Shown here: piece by piece, positions 1 through 15,100 of the stretch
Position numbering within the stretch: position 1 is the stretch's first letter
Layout of the letters: each line of letters begins with the position of its first letter
NCBI GenBank assembly: GCA_964016885.1
Contig: OZ024744.1
Coordinates: 30,442,001-30,506,000, forward strand
Source of the DNA: Eledone cirrhosa
Taxonomy: Eukaryota
Direction of reading: 5' to 3'
Length of the DNA: 64,000 nucleotides
Program-made: the position numbers and the translations under genes
The notes under the pieces: generated by a model
The model's database searches: none
Told to the model about the DNA's origin: nothing
What the model saw: only the letters and a program-made list of their open reading frames with translations

Positions 1-174
1 AGAGATGTGGTCAGTGACAGTGGGAGGTTGGTTCCTCTGTGTTTGGACCAGGTGTTTATGAGACATAGGGAGAGAGTGGGAGAGACGGAGGCAGTGACAG
101 TGGGAGGTTGGTTCCTCTGTGTTTGGACCTGGTGTATATGAGAGAGAGGGAGAGAGTTGGAAAGACGGAGACAG

Positions 175-3100
175 TGACAGTGGGTGGTTTGTTCCTCTGT
201 GTTTGGACCTGGTGTATATGAGAGAGAGGGAGAGAGTGGGAGAGACGGAGGCAGTGATAGTGGGAGGTTGGTTCCTCTGTGTTTGGACCTGGTGTATATG
301 AGAGATAGGGAGAGAGTGAGAGAGACGGAGGCAGTGATAGTGGGAGGTTGGTTCCTCTGTGTTTGGACCTGGTGTATATGTGAGACAGGGAGAGAGTGGG
401 AGAGATGGAGGCAGTGACTGTAGGAGGTTGGTTCCTCTGTGTTTGGATCTGGTGTATATGAGAGATAGGGAGAGAGTGGGAGAGACGGAGGCAGTGACAG
501 TGGGAGGTTGGTTCCTCTGTGTTTGGACCTGGTGTATATGAGAGATAGGGAGAGAGTGGGAGTGATGTGGTCAGTGACAGTGGGAGGTTGGTTCCTCTGT
601 GTTTGGACCAGGTGTTTATGAGAGATAGGGAGAGAGTTGGAAAGACGGAGGCAGTGACAGTGGGTGGTTGGTTGCTCTGTGTTTGGACCTGGTGTATATG
701 AGAGAGAGGGAGAGAGTGGGAGAGACGGAGGCAGTGATAGTGGGAGGTTGGTTCCTCTGTGTTTGGACCTGGTGTATATGAGAGATAGGGAGAGAGTGAG
801 AGAGATGGAGGCAGTGACAGTGGGAGGTTGGTTCCTCTGTGTTTGGACCTGGTGTATATGAGAGATAGGGAGAGTGAGAGAGACGGAGGCAGTGACAGTG
901 GGAGGTTGGTTCCTCTGTGTTAGGACCTGGTGTATATGAGAGATAGGGAGAGTGGGAGAGATGGAGGCAGTGACAGTGGGAGGTTGGTTCCTCTGTGTTT
1001 GGACCTGGTGTATATGAGAGATTGGGAGAGAGTGAGAGAGACGTAGGCAGTGACAGTGGGAGGTTGGTTCCTCTGTGTTTAGACCTGGTATATAAGAGAG
1101 ATAGGGAGAGACTGAGATATCGAGGCAGTGACAGTGGGAGGTTGGTTCCTCTGTGTTTAGACCTGGTGTATATGAGAGATAGGGAGAGAGTGAGATATGG
1201 AGGCAGTGACAGTGGGAGGTTGGTTCCTCTGTGTTTAGACCTGGTGTATATGGGAGATAGGGAAAGAGTGAGATATGGAGGCAGTGACAGTGGAAGGTTG
1301 GTTCCTCTGTGTTTAGACCTGGTGTATATGGGAGATAGGGCGAGAGTGAGATATGGAGGCAGTGACAGTGGGAGGTTGGTTCCTCTGTGTTTAGACCTGG
1401 TGTATATGGGAGATAGGGAGAGAGTGAGGTATGGAGGCATTGACAGTGGGAGGTCGGTTCCTCTGTGTTTGGACCTGGTGTATATGAGAGATAGGGAGAG
1501 AGTGGGAGAGACGGAGGCAGTGACAGTGGGAGGTTAATTCCTCTGTGTTTGGACCTGGTGTATATGAGAGATAGGGAGAGAGTGGAAGAGACGGAGGCAG
1601 TGACAGTGGGAGGTTGGTTCCTCTGTGTTAGGACCTGGTGTATATGAGAGATAGGGAGAGAGTGGGAGAGAGACGGAGGCAGTGACAGTGGGAGGTTGGT
1701 TCCTCTGTGTTTGGACCTGGTGTATATGAGAGATAGGGAGAGAGTGGGTGAGATGGAGGCAGTGGGAGGTGGGTTCCTCTGTGTTTGGACCTGGTGTATA
1801 TGAGAGATAGGGAGTGAGTGGGAGAGATGGAGGCAGTGACAGTGGGAGGTTGGTTCCTCTGTGTTTGGACCTGGTGTACATGAGAGATTGGGAGAGAGAG
1901 GGAGAGACGGAGGCAGTCACAGCGGGAGGTGGGTTCCTCTGTGTTTGGACCTGATGTATATGAGAGATAAGGAGAGAGTGAGAGAGAGGGAGGCAGTGAC
2001 AGTGGGAGATTGGTTCCTCTGTGTTTGGACCTGGTGTATATGAGAGATTGGGAGAGAGTGAGAGAGACGTAGGCAGTGACAGTGGGAGGTTGGTTCCTCT
2101 GTGTTTAGACCTGGTGTATATGAGAGATAGGGAGAGAGTGGGAGAGACGGAGGCAGTGACAGTGGGAGGTTGGTTCCCCTGTTTTTGGACCTGGTGTATA
2201 TGAGAGATAGGGAGAGAGTGAGATATGGAGGCAGTGACAGTGGGAGGTTGGTTCCTCTGTGTTTAGACCTGGTGTATATGGGAGATAGGGAGAGAGTGGG
2301 AGAGATGGAGGCAGTGACAGTGGGAGGTTGGTTCCTCTGTGTTTGGACCTGGTGTATATGAGAGATAGGGAGAGAGTGAGATATGGAGGCAGTGATAGTG
2401 GGAGGTTGGTTCCTCTGTGTTTAGACCTGGTGTATATGGGAGATAGGGGGAGAGTGAGATATGGAGGCAGTGACAGTGGGAGGTCGGTTCCTCTGTGTTT
2501 GGACCTGGTGTATATGAGAGATAGGGAGAGAGTGGGAGAGACGTAGGCAGTGACAGTGGGAGGTTGGTTCCTCTGTGTTTGGACTTGTTGTATATGAGAG
2601 ATAGGGAGAGAGAAGGAGAGACGCAAACAGTGACAGTGGGAGGTTGGTTCCTCTGTGTTTAGACCTGGTGTATATGAGAGATAGGGAGAGGGTGAGATAT
2701 GGAGGCAGTGACAGTGGGAGGTTGGTTCCTCTGTGTTTGGACCAGGTGTATATGAGAGATAGGAAGAGAGTGAGAGAGACGGAGGCAGTGACAGTGGGAG
2801 GTTGGTTCGTCTGTGTTTGGACTTGTTGTATATGAGAGATAGGGAGAGAGAAGGAGAGACGGAAACAGTGACAGTGGGAGGTTGGTTCCTCTGTGTTTAG
2901 ACCTGGTGTATATGAGAGATAGGGAGAGAGTGGGAGAAACGGAGGCAGTGACAGTGGGAGGCTGGTTCCTCTGTGTTTGGACCTGGTGTATATGAGAGAT
3001 AGGGAGAGAGTGGGAGAGACGGAGGCAGTGACAGTGGCAGGTTGGTTCCTCTGTGTTTAGGCCTGGTGTATATGAGTGATAGGGAGAGAGTGGGTGAGAC

Positions 3101-6100
3101 GGAGGCAGTGATAGTGGGAGGTTGGTTCCTCTGTGTTTAGACCTGGTGTATATGAGAGATGGGGAGAGAGTGAGAGAGATGGAGGCAGTGACAGTGGGAG
3201 GTTGGTTCCTCTGTGTTTAGACCTGTTGTAAATGAGAGATTGGGAGAGAGTGGGAGAGACGTAGGCAGTGACAGCGGGAGGTTGGTTCCTCTGTGTTTGG
3301 ACCTGGTATATATGAGAGAGAGGGAGAGAGTGGAAGAGATGGAGGCAGTGACAGCGGGAGGTTGGTTCCTCTGTGTTTGGATCTGGTGTATATGAGAGAG
3401 AGGGAGAGAGTGGAAGAGATGGAGGCAGTGACAGCGGGAGGTTGGTTCCTCTGTGTTTGGATCTGGTGTATATGAGAGATAGGGAGAGAGTAGGAGAGAC
3501 GGAGGCAGTGATAGTGGGAGGTTGGTTCCTCTGTGTTTAGACCTGGTGTATATGAGAGATAGCGAGAGAGTGGAAGAGACGTAGGCAGTGACAGCGGGAG
3601 GTTGGTTCCTCTGTGTTTGGACCTGGTATATTTGAGAGAGAGGGAGAGAGTGGAAGAGATGGAGGCAGTGACAGCGGGAGGTTGGTTCCTCTGTGTTTGG
3701 ATCTGGTGTATATGAGAGATAGGGAGAGAGTAGGAGAGACGGAGGCATTGATAGTGGGAGGTTGGTTCCTCTGTGTTTAGACCTGGTCTATATGAGAGAT
3801 AGGGAGAGAGTGAGATATGGAGGCAGTGACAGTGGGTGGTTGGTTCCTCTGTGTTTAGACCTGGTGTATATGAGAGATAGGGAGAGAGTGAGAGAGACGG
3901 AGGCAGTGATAGTGGGAGGTTGGTTCCTCTATGTTTGGACCTTGTGTATATGTGAGACAGGGAGAGAGTGGGAGAGAGACGGAGGCAGTGACAGTGGGTG
4001 GTTGGTTCCTCTGTGTTTAGACCTGGTGTATGTGAGAGATAGGGAGATAGTGAGAGAGAGACGGAGGCAGTGACAGTGGGTGGTTGGTTCCTCTGTGTTT
4101 GGACCTGGTGTATATGAGAGATAGGGAGAGTGGGAGAGACAGAGGCAGTGACAGTGGGAGGTTGGTTCCTCTGTGTTTGGACCTGGTGTATATGAGAGAT
4201 AGGGAGAGAGTGGGAGAGATGGAGGCAGTGACAGTGGGAGGTTGGTTCCTCTGTGTTTGGACCTGGTGTACATGAGAGATAGGGAGAGAGTGGGAGAGAT
4301 GTGGTCAGTGACAGTGGGAGGTTGGTTCCTCTGTGTTTGGACCTGTTGTATATGAGAGATAGTGAGAGAGTGGGAGAGATGTGGTCAGTGACAGTGGGAG
4401 GTTGGTACCTCTGTGTTTGGACCAGGTGTTTATGAGAGATAGGGAGAGAGTTGGAAAGACGGAGGCAGTGATAGTGGGAGGTTGGTTCCTCTGTGTTTGG
4501 ACCTGGTGTATATGAGAGAGAGGGAGAGAGTGGGAGAGACGGAGGCAGTGATAGTGGGAGGTTGGTTCCTCTGTGTTTGGACCTGGTGTATATGAGAGAT
4601 AGGGAGAGAGTGAGAGAGACGGAGGCAGTGATAGTGGGAGGTTGGTTCCTCTGTGTTTGGACCTGGTGTATATGTGAGACAGGGAGAGAGTGGGAGAGAG
4701 ACGGAGGCAGTGACAGTGGGTGGTTGGTTCCTCTGTGTTTAGACCTTGTGTATATGAGAGATAGGGAGAGAGTGGGAGAGACGGAGGCAGTGACAGTGGG
4801 AGGTTGGTTCCTCTGTGTTTGGACCTGGTGTACATGAGAGATAGGGAGAGAGTGAGAGAGACGGAGGCAGTGACAATGGGAGGTTGGTTCCTCTGTGTTT
4901 GGACTTGGTGTATATGAGAGACAGGGAGAGTGGGAGAGATGGAGGCAGTGACAGTGGGAGGTTGGTTCCTCTGTGTTTAGACCTGGTGTATATGAGAGAT
5001 AGGGAGAGAGTGGGAGAGACGGAGGCAGTGACAGTGGGAGGTTGGTTCCTCTGTGTTTGGACCTGGTGTATATGAGAGATAGGGAGAGAGTGGGAGAGAC
5101 GGAGGCAGTGACAGTGGGAGGTTGGTTCCTCTGTGTTTAGACCTGGTGTATATGAGTGATAGGGAGAGAGTGGGTGAGACGGAGGCAGTGATAGTGGGAG
5201 GTTGGTTCCTCTGTGTTTAGACCTGGTGTATATGAGAGATAGGGAGAGAGTGAGAGAGATGGAGGCAGTGACAGTGGGAGGTTGGTTCCTCTGTGTTTAG
5301 ACCTGTTGTAAATGAGAGATTGGGAGAGAGTGGGAGAGACGTAGGCAGTGACAGCGGGAGGTTGGTTCCTCTGTGTTTGGACCTGGTATATATGAGAGAG
5401 AGGGAGTGAGTGGAAGAGATGGAGGCAGTGTCAGCGGGAGGTGGGTTCTTCTGTGTTTGGATCTGGTGTATATGAGAGAGAGGGAGAGAGTGGAAGAGAT
5501 GGAGGCAGTGACAGCGGGAGGTTGGTTCCTCTGTGTTTGGATCTGGTGTATATGAGAGATAGGGAGAGAGTAGGAGAGACGGAGGCAGTGATAGTGGGAG
5601 GTTGGTTCCTCTGTGTTTAGACCTGGTGTATATGAGAGATAGGGAGAGAGTGGAAGAGACGTAGGCAGTGACAGCGGGAGGTTGGTTCCTCTGTGTTTGG
5701 ACCTGGTATATTTGAGAGAGAGTGAGAGAGTGGAAGAGATGGAGGCAGTGACAGCGGGAGGTTGGTTCCTCTGTGTTTGGATCTGGTGTATATGAGAGAT
5801 AGGGAGAGAGTAGGAGAGACGGAGGCAGTGATAGTGGGAGGTTGGTTCCTCTGTGTTTAGACCTGGTGTATATGCGAGATAGGGAGAGAGTGAGATATGG
5901 AGGCAGTGACAGTGGGTGGTTGGTTCCTCTGTGTTTAGACCTGGTGTATATGAGAGATAGGGAGAGAGTGAGAGAGACGGAGGCAGTGATAGTGGGAGGT
6001 TGGTTCCTCTGTGTTTGGACCTTGTGTATATGTGAGACAGGGAGAGAGTGGGAGAGAGACGGAGGCAGTGACAGTGGGTGGTTGGTTCCTCTGTGTTTAG

Positions 6101-9100
6101 ACCTGGTGTATATGAGAGATAGGGAGATAGTGAGAGAGAGACGGAGGCAGTGACAGTGGGTGGTTGGTTCCTCTGTGTTTGGACCTGGTGTATATGAGAG
6201 ATAGGGAGAGAGTGGGAGAGATGGAGGCAGTGACAGTGGGAGGTTGGTTCCTCTGTGTTTGGACCTGGTGTACATGAGAGATAGGGAGAGAGTGGGAGAG
6301 ATGGAGACAGTGACAGTGGGAGGTTGGTTCCTCTGTGTTTGGACCTGGTGTACATGAGAGATAGGGAGAGAGTGGAAGAGATGGAGGCAGTGACAGCGGG
6401 AGGTTGGTTCCTCTGTGTTTGGATCTGGTGTATATGAGAGAGAGGGAGAGAGTGGAAGAGATGGAGGCAGTGACAGCGGGAGGTTGGTTCCTCTGTGTTT
6501 GTATCTGGTGTATATGAGAGATAGGGAGAGAGTAGGAGAGACGGAGGCAGTGATAGTGGGAGGTTGGTTCCTCTGTGTTTAGACCTGGTGTATATGAGAG
6601 ATAGGGAGAGAGTGAGATATGGAGGCAGTGACAGTGGGTGGTTGGTTCCTCTGTGTTTAGACCTGGTGTATATGAGAGATAGGGAGAGAGTGAGAGAGAT
6701 GGAGACAGTGACAGTGGGAGGTTGGTTCCTCTGTGTTTGGACCTGGTGTATATGAGAGATAGGGAGAGAGTGGGAGAGATGGAGGCAGTGACAGTGGGAG
6801 GTTGGTTCCTCTGTGTTTGGACCTGGTGTATATGAGAGATAGGGAGAGAGTGGGAGAGATGTGGTCAGTGACAGTGGGAGGTTGGTTCCTCTGTGTTTGG
6901 ACCTGGTGTATATGAGAGATAGTGAGAGAGTGGGAGAGATGTGGTCAGTGACAGTGGGAGGTTGGTACCTCTGTGTTTGGACCAGGTGTTTATGAGAGAT
7001 AGGGAGTGAGTTGGAAAGACGGAGACAGTGACAGTGGGTGGTTGGTTCCTCTGTGTTTGGACCTGGTGTATATGAGAGAGAGGGAGAGAGTGGGAGAGAC
7101 GGAGGCAGTGATAGTGGGAGGTTGGTTCCTCTGTGTTTGGACCTGGTGTATATGAGAGATAGGGAGAGAGTAGGAGAGACGGAGGCAGTGATAGTGGGAG
7201 GTTGGTTCCTCTGTGTTTAGACCTGGTGTATATGAGAGATAGGGAGAGAGTGAGATATGGAGGCAGTGACAGTGGGTGGTTGGTTCCTCTGTGTTTAGAC
7301 CTGGTGTATATGTGAGATAGGGAGAGAGTGAGAGAGACGGAGGCAGTGATAGTGGGAGGTTGGTTCCTCTGTGTTTGGACCTTGTGTATATGTGAGACAG
7401 GGAGAGAGTGGGAGAGAGACGGAGGCAGTGACAGTGGGTGGTTGGTTCCTCTGTGTTTAGACCTGGTGTATATGAGAGATAGGGAGATAGTGAGAGAGAG
7501 ACGGAGGCAGTGACAGTGGGTGGTTGGTTCCTCTGTGTTTGGACCTGGTGTATATGAGAGATAGGGAGAGTGGGAGAGACAGAGGCAGTGACAGTGGGAG
7601 GTTGGTTCCTCTGTGTTTGGACCTGGTGTATATGAGAGATAGGGAGAGAGTGGGAGAGATGGAGGCAGTGACAGTGGGAGGTTGGTTCCTCTGTGTTGGG
7701 ACCTGGTGTACATGAGAGATAGGGAGAGAGTGGGAGAGATGGAGACAGTGACAGTGGGAGGTTGGTTCCTCTGTGTTTGGACCTGGTGTATATGAGAGAT
7801 AGGGAGAGAGTGGGAGAGATGGAGGCAGTGACAGTGGGAGGTTGGTTCCTCTGTGTTTGGACCTGGTGTATATGAGAGATAGGGAGAGAGTGGGAGAGAT
7901 GTGGTCAGTGACAGTGGGAGGTTGGTTCCTCTGTGTTTGGACCTGGTGTATATGAGAGATAGTGAGAGAGTGGGAGAGATGTGGTCAGTGACAGTGGGAG
8001 GTTGGTACCTCTGTGTTTGGACCAGGTGTTTATGAGAGATAGGGAGAGAGTTGGAAAGACGGAGACAGTGACAGTGGGTGGTTGGTTCCTCTGTGTTTGG
8101 ACCTGGTGTATATGAGAGAGAGGGAGAGAGTGGGAGAGACGGAGGCAGTGATAGTGGGAGGTTGGTTCCTCTGTGTTTGGACCTGGTGTATATGAGAGAT
8201 GGGGAGAGAGTGAGAGAGACGGAGGCAGTGATAGTGGGAGGTTGGTTCCTCTGTGTTTGGACCTGGTGTATATGTGAGACAGGGAGAGAGTGGGAGAGAG
8301 ACGGAGGCAGTGACAGTGGGTGGTTGGTTCCTCTGTGTTTAGACCTGGTGTATATGAGAGATAGGGAGAGAGTGGGAGAGACGGAGGCAGTGACTGTGGG
8401 AGGTTGGTTCCTCTGTGTTTGGATCTGGTTTATATGAGAGATAGGGAGAGAGTGGGAGAGACGGAGGCAGTGACAGTGGGAGGTTGGTTCCTCTGTGTTT
8501 GGACTTGGTGTATATGAGAGACAGGGAGAGTGGGAGAGATGGAGGCAGTGACAGTGGGAGGTTGGTTCCTCTGTGTTTGGACCTGGTGTACATGAGAGAT
8601 AGGGAGAGAGTGAGAGAGACGGAGGCAGTGACAATGGGAGGTTGGTTCCTCTGTGTTTGGACTTGGTGTATATGAGAGACAGGGAGAGTGGGAGAGATGG
8701 AGGCAGTGACAGTGGGAGGTTGGTTCCTCTGTGTTTAGACCTGGTGTATATGAGAGATAGGGAGAGAGTGGGAGAGACGGAGGCAGTGACTGTGGGAGGT
8801 TGGTTCCTCTGTGTTTGGATCTGGTTTATATGAGAGATAGGGAGAGAGTGGGAGAGACGGAGGCAGTGACAGTGGGAGGTTGGTTCCTCTGTGTTTGGAC
8901 CTGGTGTACATGAGAGATAGGGAGAGAGTGAGAGAGACGGAGGCAGTGACAATGGGAGGTTGGTTCCTCTGTGTTTGGACTTGGTGTATATGAGAGACAG
9001 GGAGAGTGGGAGAGATGGAGGCAGTGACAGTGGTAGGTTGGTTCCTCTGTGTTTAGACCTGGTGTATATGAGAGATAGGGAGAGAGTGAGAGAGACTGAG

Positions 9101-12100
9101 GCAGTGACAGCGGGAGGTTGGTTCCTCTGTGTTTGGACCTGGTGTATATGAGAGATAGGGAGAGAGTGGGAGAGATGGAGGCAGTGACAGTTGGAGGTTG
9201 GTTCCTCTGTGTTTGGACCTGGTGTATATGAGAGATAGTGAGAGAGTGGGAGAGATGTGGTCAGTGACAGTGGGAGGTTTGTACCTCTGTGTTTGGACCA
9301 GGCGTTTATGAGAGATAGGGAGAGAGTAGGAAAGACGGAGACAGTGACAGTGGGTGGTTGGTTCCTCTGTGTTTGGACCTGGTGTATATGAGAGAGAGGG
9401 AGAGAGTGGGAGAGACGGAGGCAGTGATAGTGGGAGGTTGGTTCCTCTGTGTTTGGACCTGGTGTATATGAGAGATAGGGAGAGAGTGAGAGAGACGGAG
9501 GCAGTGATAGTGGGAGGTTGGTTCCTCTGTGTTTGGACCTGGTGTATATGTGAGACAGGGAGAGAGTGGGAGAGAGACGGAGGCAGTGACAGTGGGTGGT
9601 TGGTTCCTCTGTGTTTAGACCTGGTGTATATGAGAGATAGGGAGATAGTGGGAGAGACGGAGGCAGTGACTGTGGGAGGTTGGTTCCTCTGTGTTTGGAT
9701 CTGGTGTATATGAGAGATAGGGAGAGAGTGGGAGAGACGGAGGCAGTGACAGTGGGAGGTTGGTTCCTCTGTGTTTGGACCTGGTGTACATGAGAGATAG
9801 GGAGAGAGTGAGAGAGACGGAGGCAGTGACAATGGGAGGTTGGTTCCTCTGTGTTTGGACTTGGTGTATATGAGAGACGGGGAGAGTGGGAGAGATGGAG
9901 GCAGTGACAGTGGGAGGTTGGTTCCTCTGTGTTTAGACCTGGTTTATATGAGAGATAGGGAGAGAGTGAGAGAGACTGAGGCAGTGACAGCGGGAGGTTG
10001 GTTCCTCTGTGTTTGGACCTGGTGTATATGAGAGATAGGGAGAGAGTGGGAGAGATGGAGGCAGTGACAGTGGGAGGTTGGTTCCTCTGTGTTTGGCCCT
10101 GGTGTATATGAGAGATAGGGAGAGAGTGGGAGAGATGTGGTCAGTGACAGTGGGAGGTTGGTTCCTCTGTGTTTGGACCTGGTGTATATGAGAGATAGGG
10201 AGAGAGTGGGAGAGATGTGGTCAGTGACAGTGGGAGGTTGGTTCCTCTGTGTTTGGACCTGGTGTATATGAGAGATAGTGAGAGAGTGGGAGAGATGTGG
10301 TCAGTGACAGTGGGAGGTTGGTACCTCTGTGTTTGGACCAGGTGTTTATGAGAGATAGGGAGTGAGTTGGAAAGACGGAGACAGTGACAGTGGGTGGTTG
10401 GTTCCTCTGTGTTTGGACCTGGTGTATATGAGAGAGAGGGAGAGAGTGGGAGAGACGGAGGCAGTGATAGTGGGAGGTTGGTTCCTCTGTGTTTGGACCT
10501 GGTGTATATGAGAGATAGGGAGAGAGTAGGAGAGACGGAGGCAGTGATAGTGGGAGGTTGGTTCCTCTGTGTTTAGACCTGGTGTATATGAGAGATAGGG
10601 AGAGAGTGAGATATGGAGGCAGTGACAGTGGGTGGTTGGTTCCTCTGTGTTTAGACCTGGTGTATATGTGAGATAGGGAGAGAGTGAGAGAGACGGAGGC
10701 AGTGATAGTGGGAGGTTGGTTCCTCTGTGTTTGGACCTTGTGTATATGTGAGATAGGGAGAGAGTGAGAGAGACGGAGGCAGTGATAGTGGGAGGTTGGT
10801 TCCTCTGTGTTTGGACCTTGTGTATATGTGAGACAGGGAGAGAGTGGGAGAGAGACGGAGGCAGTGACAGTGGGTGGTTGGTTCCTCTGTGTTTGGACCT
10901 GGTGTATATGAGAGAGAGGGAGAGAGTGGGAGAGACGGAGGCAGTGATAGTGGGAGGTTGGTTCCTCTGTGTTTGGACCTGGTGTATATGAGAGATAGGG
11001 AGAGAGTGAGAGAGACGGAGGCAGTGATAGTGGGAGGTTGGTTCCTCTGTGTTTGGACCTGGTGTATATGTGAGACAGGGAGAGAGTGGGAGAGATGGAG
11101 GCAGTGACTGTAGGAGGTTGGTTCCTCTGTGTTTGGATCTGGTGTATATGAGAGATAGGGAGAGAGTGGGAGAGACGGAGGCAGTGACAGTGGGAGGTTG
11201 GTTCCTCTGTGTTTGGACCTGGTGTATATGAGAGATAGGGAGAGAGTGGGAGTGATGTGGTCAGTGACAGTGGGAGGTTGGTTCCTCTGTGTTTGGACCA
11301 GGTGTTTATGAGAGATAGGGAGAGAGTTGGAAAGACGGAGGCAGTGACAGTGGGTGGTTGGTTGCTCTGTGTTTGGACCTGGTGTATATGAGAGAGAGGG
11401 AGAGAGTGGGAGAGACGGAGGCAGTGATAGTGGGAGGTTGGTTCCTCTGTGTTTGGACCTGGTGTATATGAGAGATAGGGAGAGAGTGAGAGAGATGGAG
11501 GCAGTGACAGTGGGAGGTTGGTTCCTCTGTGTTTGGACCTGGTGTATATGAGAGATAGGGAGAGTGAGAGAGACGGAGGCAGTGACAGTGGGAGGTTGGT
11601 TCCTCTGTGTTAGGACCTGGTGTATATGAGAGATAGGGAGAGTGGGAGAGATGGAGGCAGTGACAGTGGGAGGTTGGTTCCTCTGTGTTTGGACCTGGTG
11701 TATATGAGAGATTGGGAGAGAGTGAGAGAGACGTAGGCAGTGACAGTGGGAGGTTGGTTCCTCTGTGTTTAGACCTGGTATATAAGAGAGATAGGGAGAG
11801 ACTGAGATATGGAGGCAGTGACAGTGGGAGGTTGGTTCCTCTGTGTTTAGACCTGGTGTATATGAGAGATAGGGAGAGAGTGAGATATGGAGGCAGTGAC
11901 AGTGGGAGGTTGGTTCCTCTGTGTTTAGACCTGGTGTATATGGGAGATAGGGAAAGAGTGAGATATGGAGGCAGTGACAGTGGAAGGTTGGTTCCTCTGT
12001 GTTTAGACCTGGTGTATATGGGAGATAGGGCGAGAGTGAGATATGGAGGCAGTGACAGTGGGAGGTTGGTTCCTCTGTGTTTAGACCTGGTGTATATGGG

Positions 12101-15100
12101 AGATAGGGAGAGAGTGAGGTATGGAGGCATTGACAGTGGGAGGTCGGTTCCTCTGTGTTTGGACCTGGTGTATATGAGAGATAGGGAGAGAGTGGGAGAG
12201 ACGGAGGCAGTGACAGTGGGAGGTTAATTCCTCTGTGTTTGGACCTGGTGTATATGAGAGATAGGGAGAGAGTGGAAGAGACGGAGGCAGTGACAGTGGG
12301 AGGTTGGTTCCTCTGTGTTTGGACCTGGTGTATATGAGAGATAGGGAGAGAGTGGGAGAGAGACGGAGGCAGTGACAGTGGGAGGTTGGTTCCTCTGTGT
12401 TTGGACCTGGTGTATATGAGAGATAGGGAGAGAGTGGGTGAGATGGAGGCAGTGGGAGGTGGGTTCCTCTGTGTTTGGACCTGGTGTATATGAGAGATAG
12501 GGAGTGAGTGGGAGAGATGGAGGCAGTGACAGTGGGAGGTTGGTTCCTCTGTGTTTGGACCTGGTGTACATGAGAGATTGGGAGAGAGAGGGAGAGACGG
12601 AGGCAGTCACAGCGGGAGGTGGGTTCCTCTGTGTTTGGACCTGATGTATATGAGAGATAGGGAGAGAGTGAGAGAGAGGGAGGCAGTGACAGTGGGAGAT
12701 TGGTTCCTCTGTGTTTGGACCTGGTGTATATGAGAGATTGGGAGAGAGTGAGAGAGACGTAGGCAGTGACAGTGGGAGGTTGGTTCCTCTGTGTTTAGAC
12801 CTGGTGTATATGAGAGATAGGGAGAGAGTGGGAGAGACGGAGGCAGTGACAGTGGGAGGTTGGTTCCCCTGTTTTTGGACCTGGTGTATATGAGAGATAG
12901 GGAGAGAGTGAGATATGGAGGCAGTGACAGTGGGAGGTTGGTTCCTCTGTGTTTAGACCTGGTGTATATGGGAGATAGGGAGAGAGTGGGAGAGATGGAG
13001 GCAGTGACAGTGGGAGGTTGGTTCCTCTGTGTTTGGACCTGGTGTATATGAGAGATAGGGAGAGAGTGAGATATGGAGGCAGTGATAGTGGGAGGTTGGT
13101 TCCTCTGTGTTTAGACCTGGTGTATATGGGAGATAGGGGGAGAGTGAGATATGGAGGCAGTGACAGTGGGAGGTCGGTTCCTCTGTGTTTGGACCTGGTG
13201 TATATGAGAGATAGGGAGAGAGTGGGAGAGACGTAGGCAGTGACAGTGGGAGGTTGGTTCCTCTGTGTTTGGACTTGTTGTATATGAGAGATAGGGAGAG
13301 AGAAGGAGAGACGCAAACAGTGACAGTGGGAGGTTGGTTCCTCTGTGTTTAGACCTGGTGTATATGAGAGATAGGGAGAGGGTGAGATATGGAGGCAGTG
13401 ACAGTGGGAGGTTGGTTCCTCTGTGTTTGGACCAGGTGTATATGAGAGATAGGAAGAGAGTGAGAGAGACGGAGGCAGTGACAGTGGGAGGTTGGTTCGT
13501 CTGTGTTTGGACTTGTTGTATATGAGAGATAGGGAGAGAGAAGGAGAGACGGAAACAGTGACAGTGGGAGGTTGGTTCCTCTGTGTTTAGACCTGGTGTA
13601 TATGAGAGATAGGGAGAGAGTGGGAGAAACGGAGGCAGTGACAGTGGGAGGCTGGTTCCTCTGTGTTTGGACCTGGTGTATATGAGAGATAGGGAGAGAG
13701 TGGGAGAGACGGAGGCAGTGACAGTGGGAGGTTGGTTCCTCTGTGTTTAGGCCTGGTGTATATGAGTGATAGGGAGAGAGTGGGTGAGACGGAGGCAGTG
13801 ATAGTGGGAGGTTGGTTCCTCTGTGTTTAGACCTGGTGTATATGAGAGATGGGGAGAGAGTGAGAGAGATGGAGGCAGTGACAGTGGGAGGTTGGTTCCT
13901 CTGTGTTTAGACCTGTTGTAAATGAGAGATTGGGAGAGAGTGGGAGAGACGTAGGCAGTGACAGCGGGAGGTTGGTTCCTCTGTGTTTGGACCTGGTATA
14001 TATGAGAGAGAGGGAGAGAGTGGAAGAGATGGAGGCAGTGACAGCGGGAGGTTGGTTCCTCTGTGTTTGGATCTGGTGTATATGAGAGAGAGGGAGAGAG
14101 TGGAAGAGATGGAGGCAGTGACAGCGGGAGGTTGGTTCCTCTGTGTTTGGATCTGGTGTATATGAGAGATAGGGAGAGAGTAGGAGAGACGGAGGCAGTG
14201 ATAGTGGGAGGTTGGTTCCTCTGTGTTTAGACCTGGTGTATATGAGAGATAGCGAGAGAGTGGAAGAGACGTAGGCAGTGACAGCGGGAGGTTGGTTCCT
14301 CTGTGTTTGGACCTGGTATATTTGAGAGAGAGGGAGAGAGTGGAAGAGATGGAGGCAGTGACAGCGGGAGGTTGGTTCCTCTGTGTTTGGATCTGGTGTA
14401 TATGAGAGATAGGGAGAGAGTAGGAGAGACGGAGGCATTGATAGTGGGAGGTTGGTTCCTCTGTGTTTAGACCTGGTCTATATGAGAGATAGGGAGAGAG
14501 TGAGATATGGAGGCAGTGACAGTGGGTGGTTGGTTCCTCTGTGTTTAGACCTGGTGTATATGAGAGATAGGGAGAGAGTGAGAGAGACGGAGGCAGTGAT
14601 AGTGGGAGGTTGGTTCCTCTATGTTTGGACCTTGTGTATATGTGAGACAGGGAGAGAGTGGGAGAGAGACGGAGGCAGTGACAGTGGGTGGTTGGTTCCT
14701 CTGTGTTTAGACCTGGTGTATGTGAGAGATAGGGAGATAGTGAGAGAGAGACGGAGGCAGTGACAGTGGGTGGTTGGTTCCTCTGTGTTTGGACCTGGTG
14801 TATATGAGAGATAGGGAGAGTGGGAGAGACAGAGGCAGTGACAGTGGGAGGTTGGTTCCTCTGTGTTTGGACCTGGTGTATATGAGAGATAGGGAGAGAG
14901 TGGGAGAGATGGAGGCAGTGACAGTGGGAGGTTGGTTCCTCTGTGTTTGGACCTGGTGTACATGAGAGATAGGGAGAGAGTGGGAGAGATGTGGTCAGTG
15001 ACAGTGGGAGGTTGGTTCCTCTGTGTTTGGACCTGTTGTATATGAGAGATAGTGAGAGAGTGGGAGAGATGTGGTCAGTGACAGTGGGAGGTTGGTACCT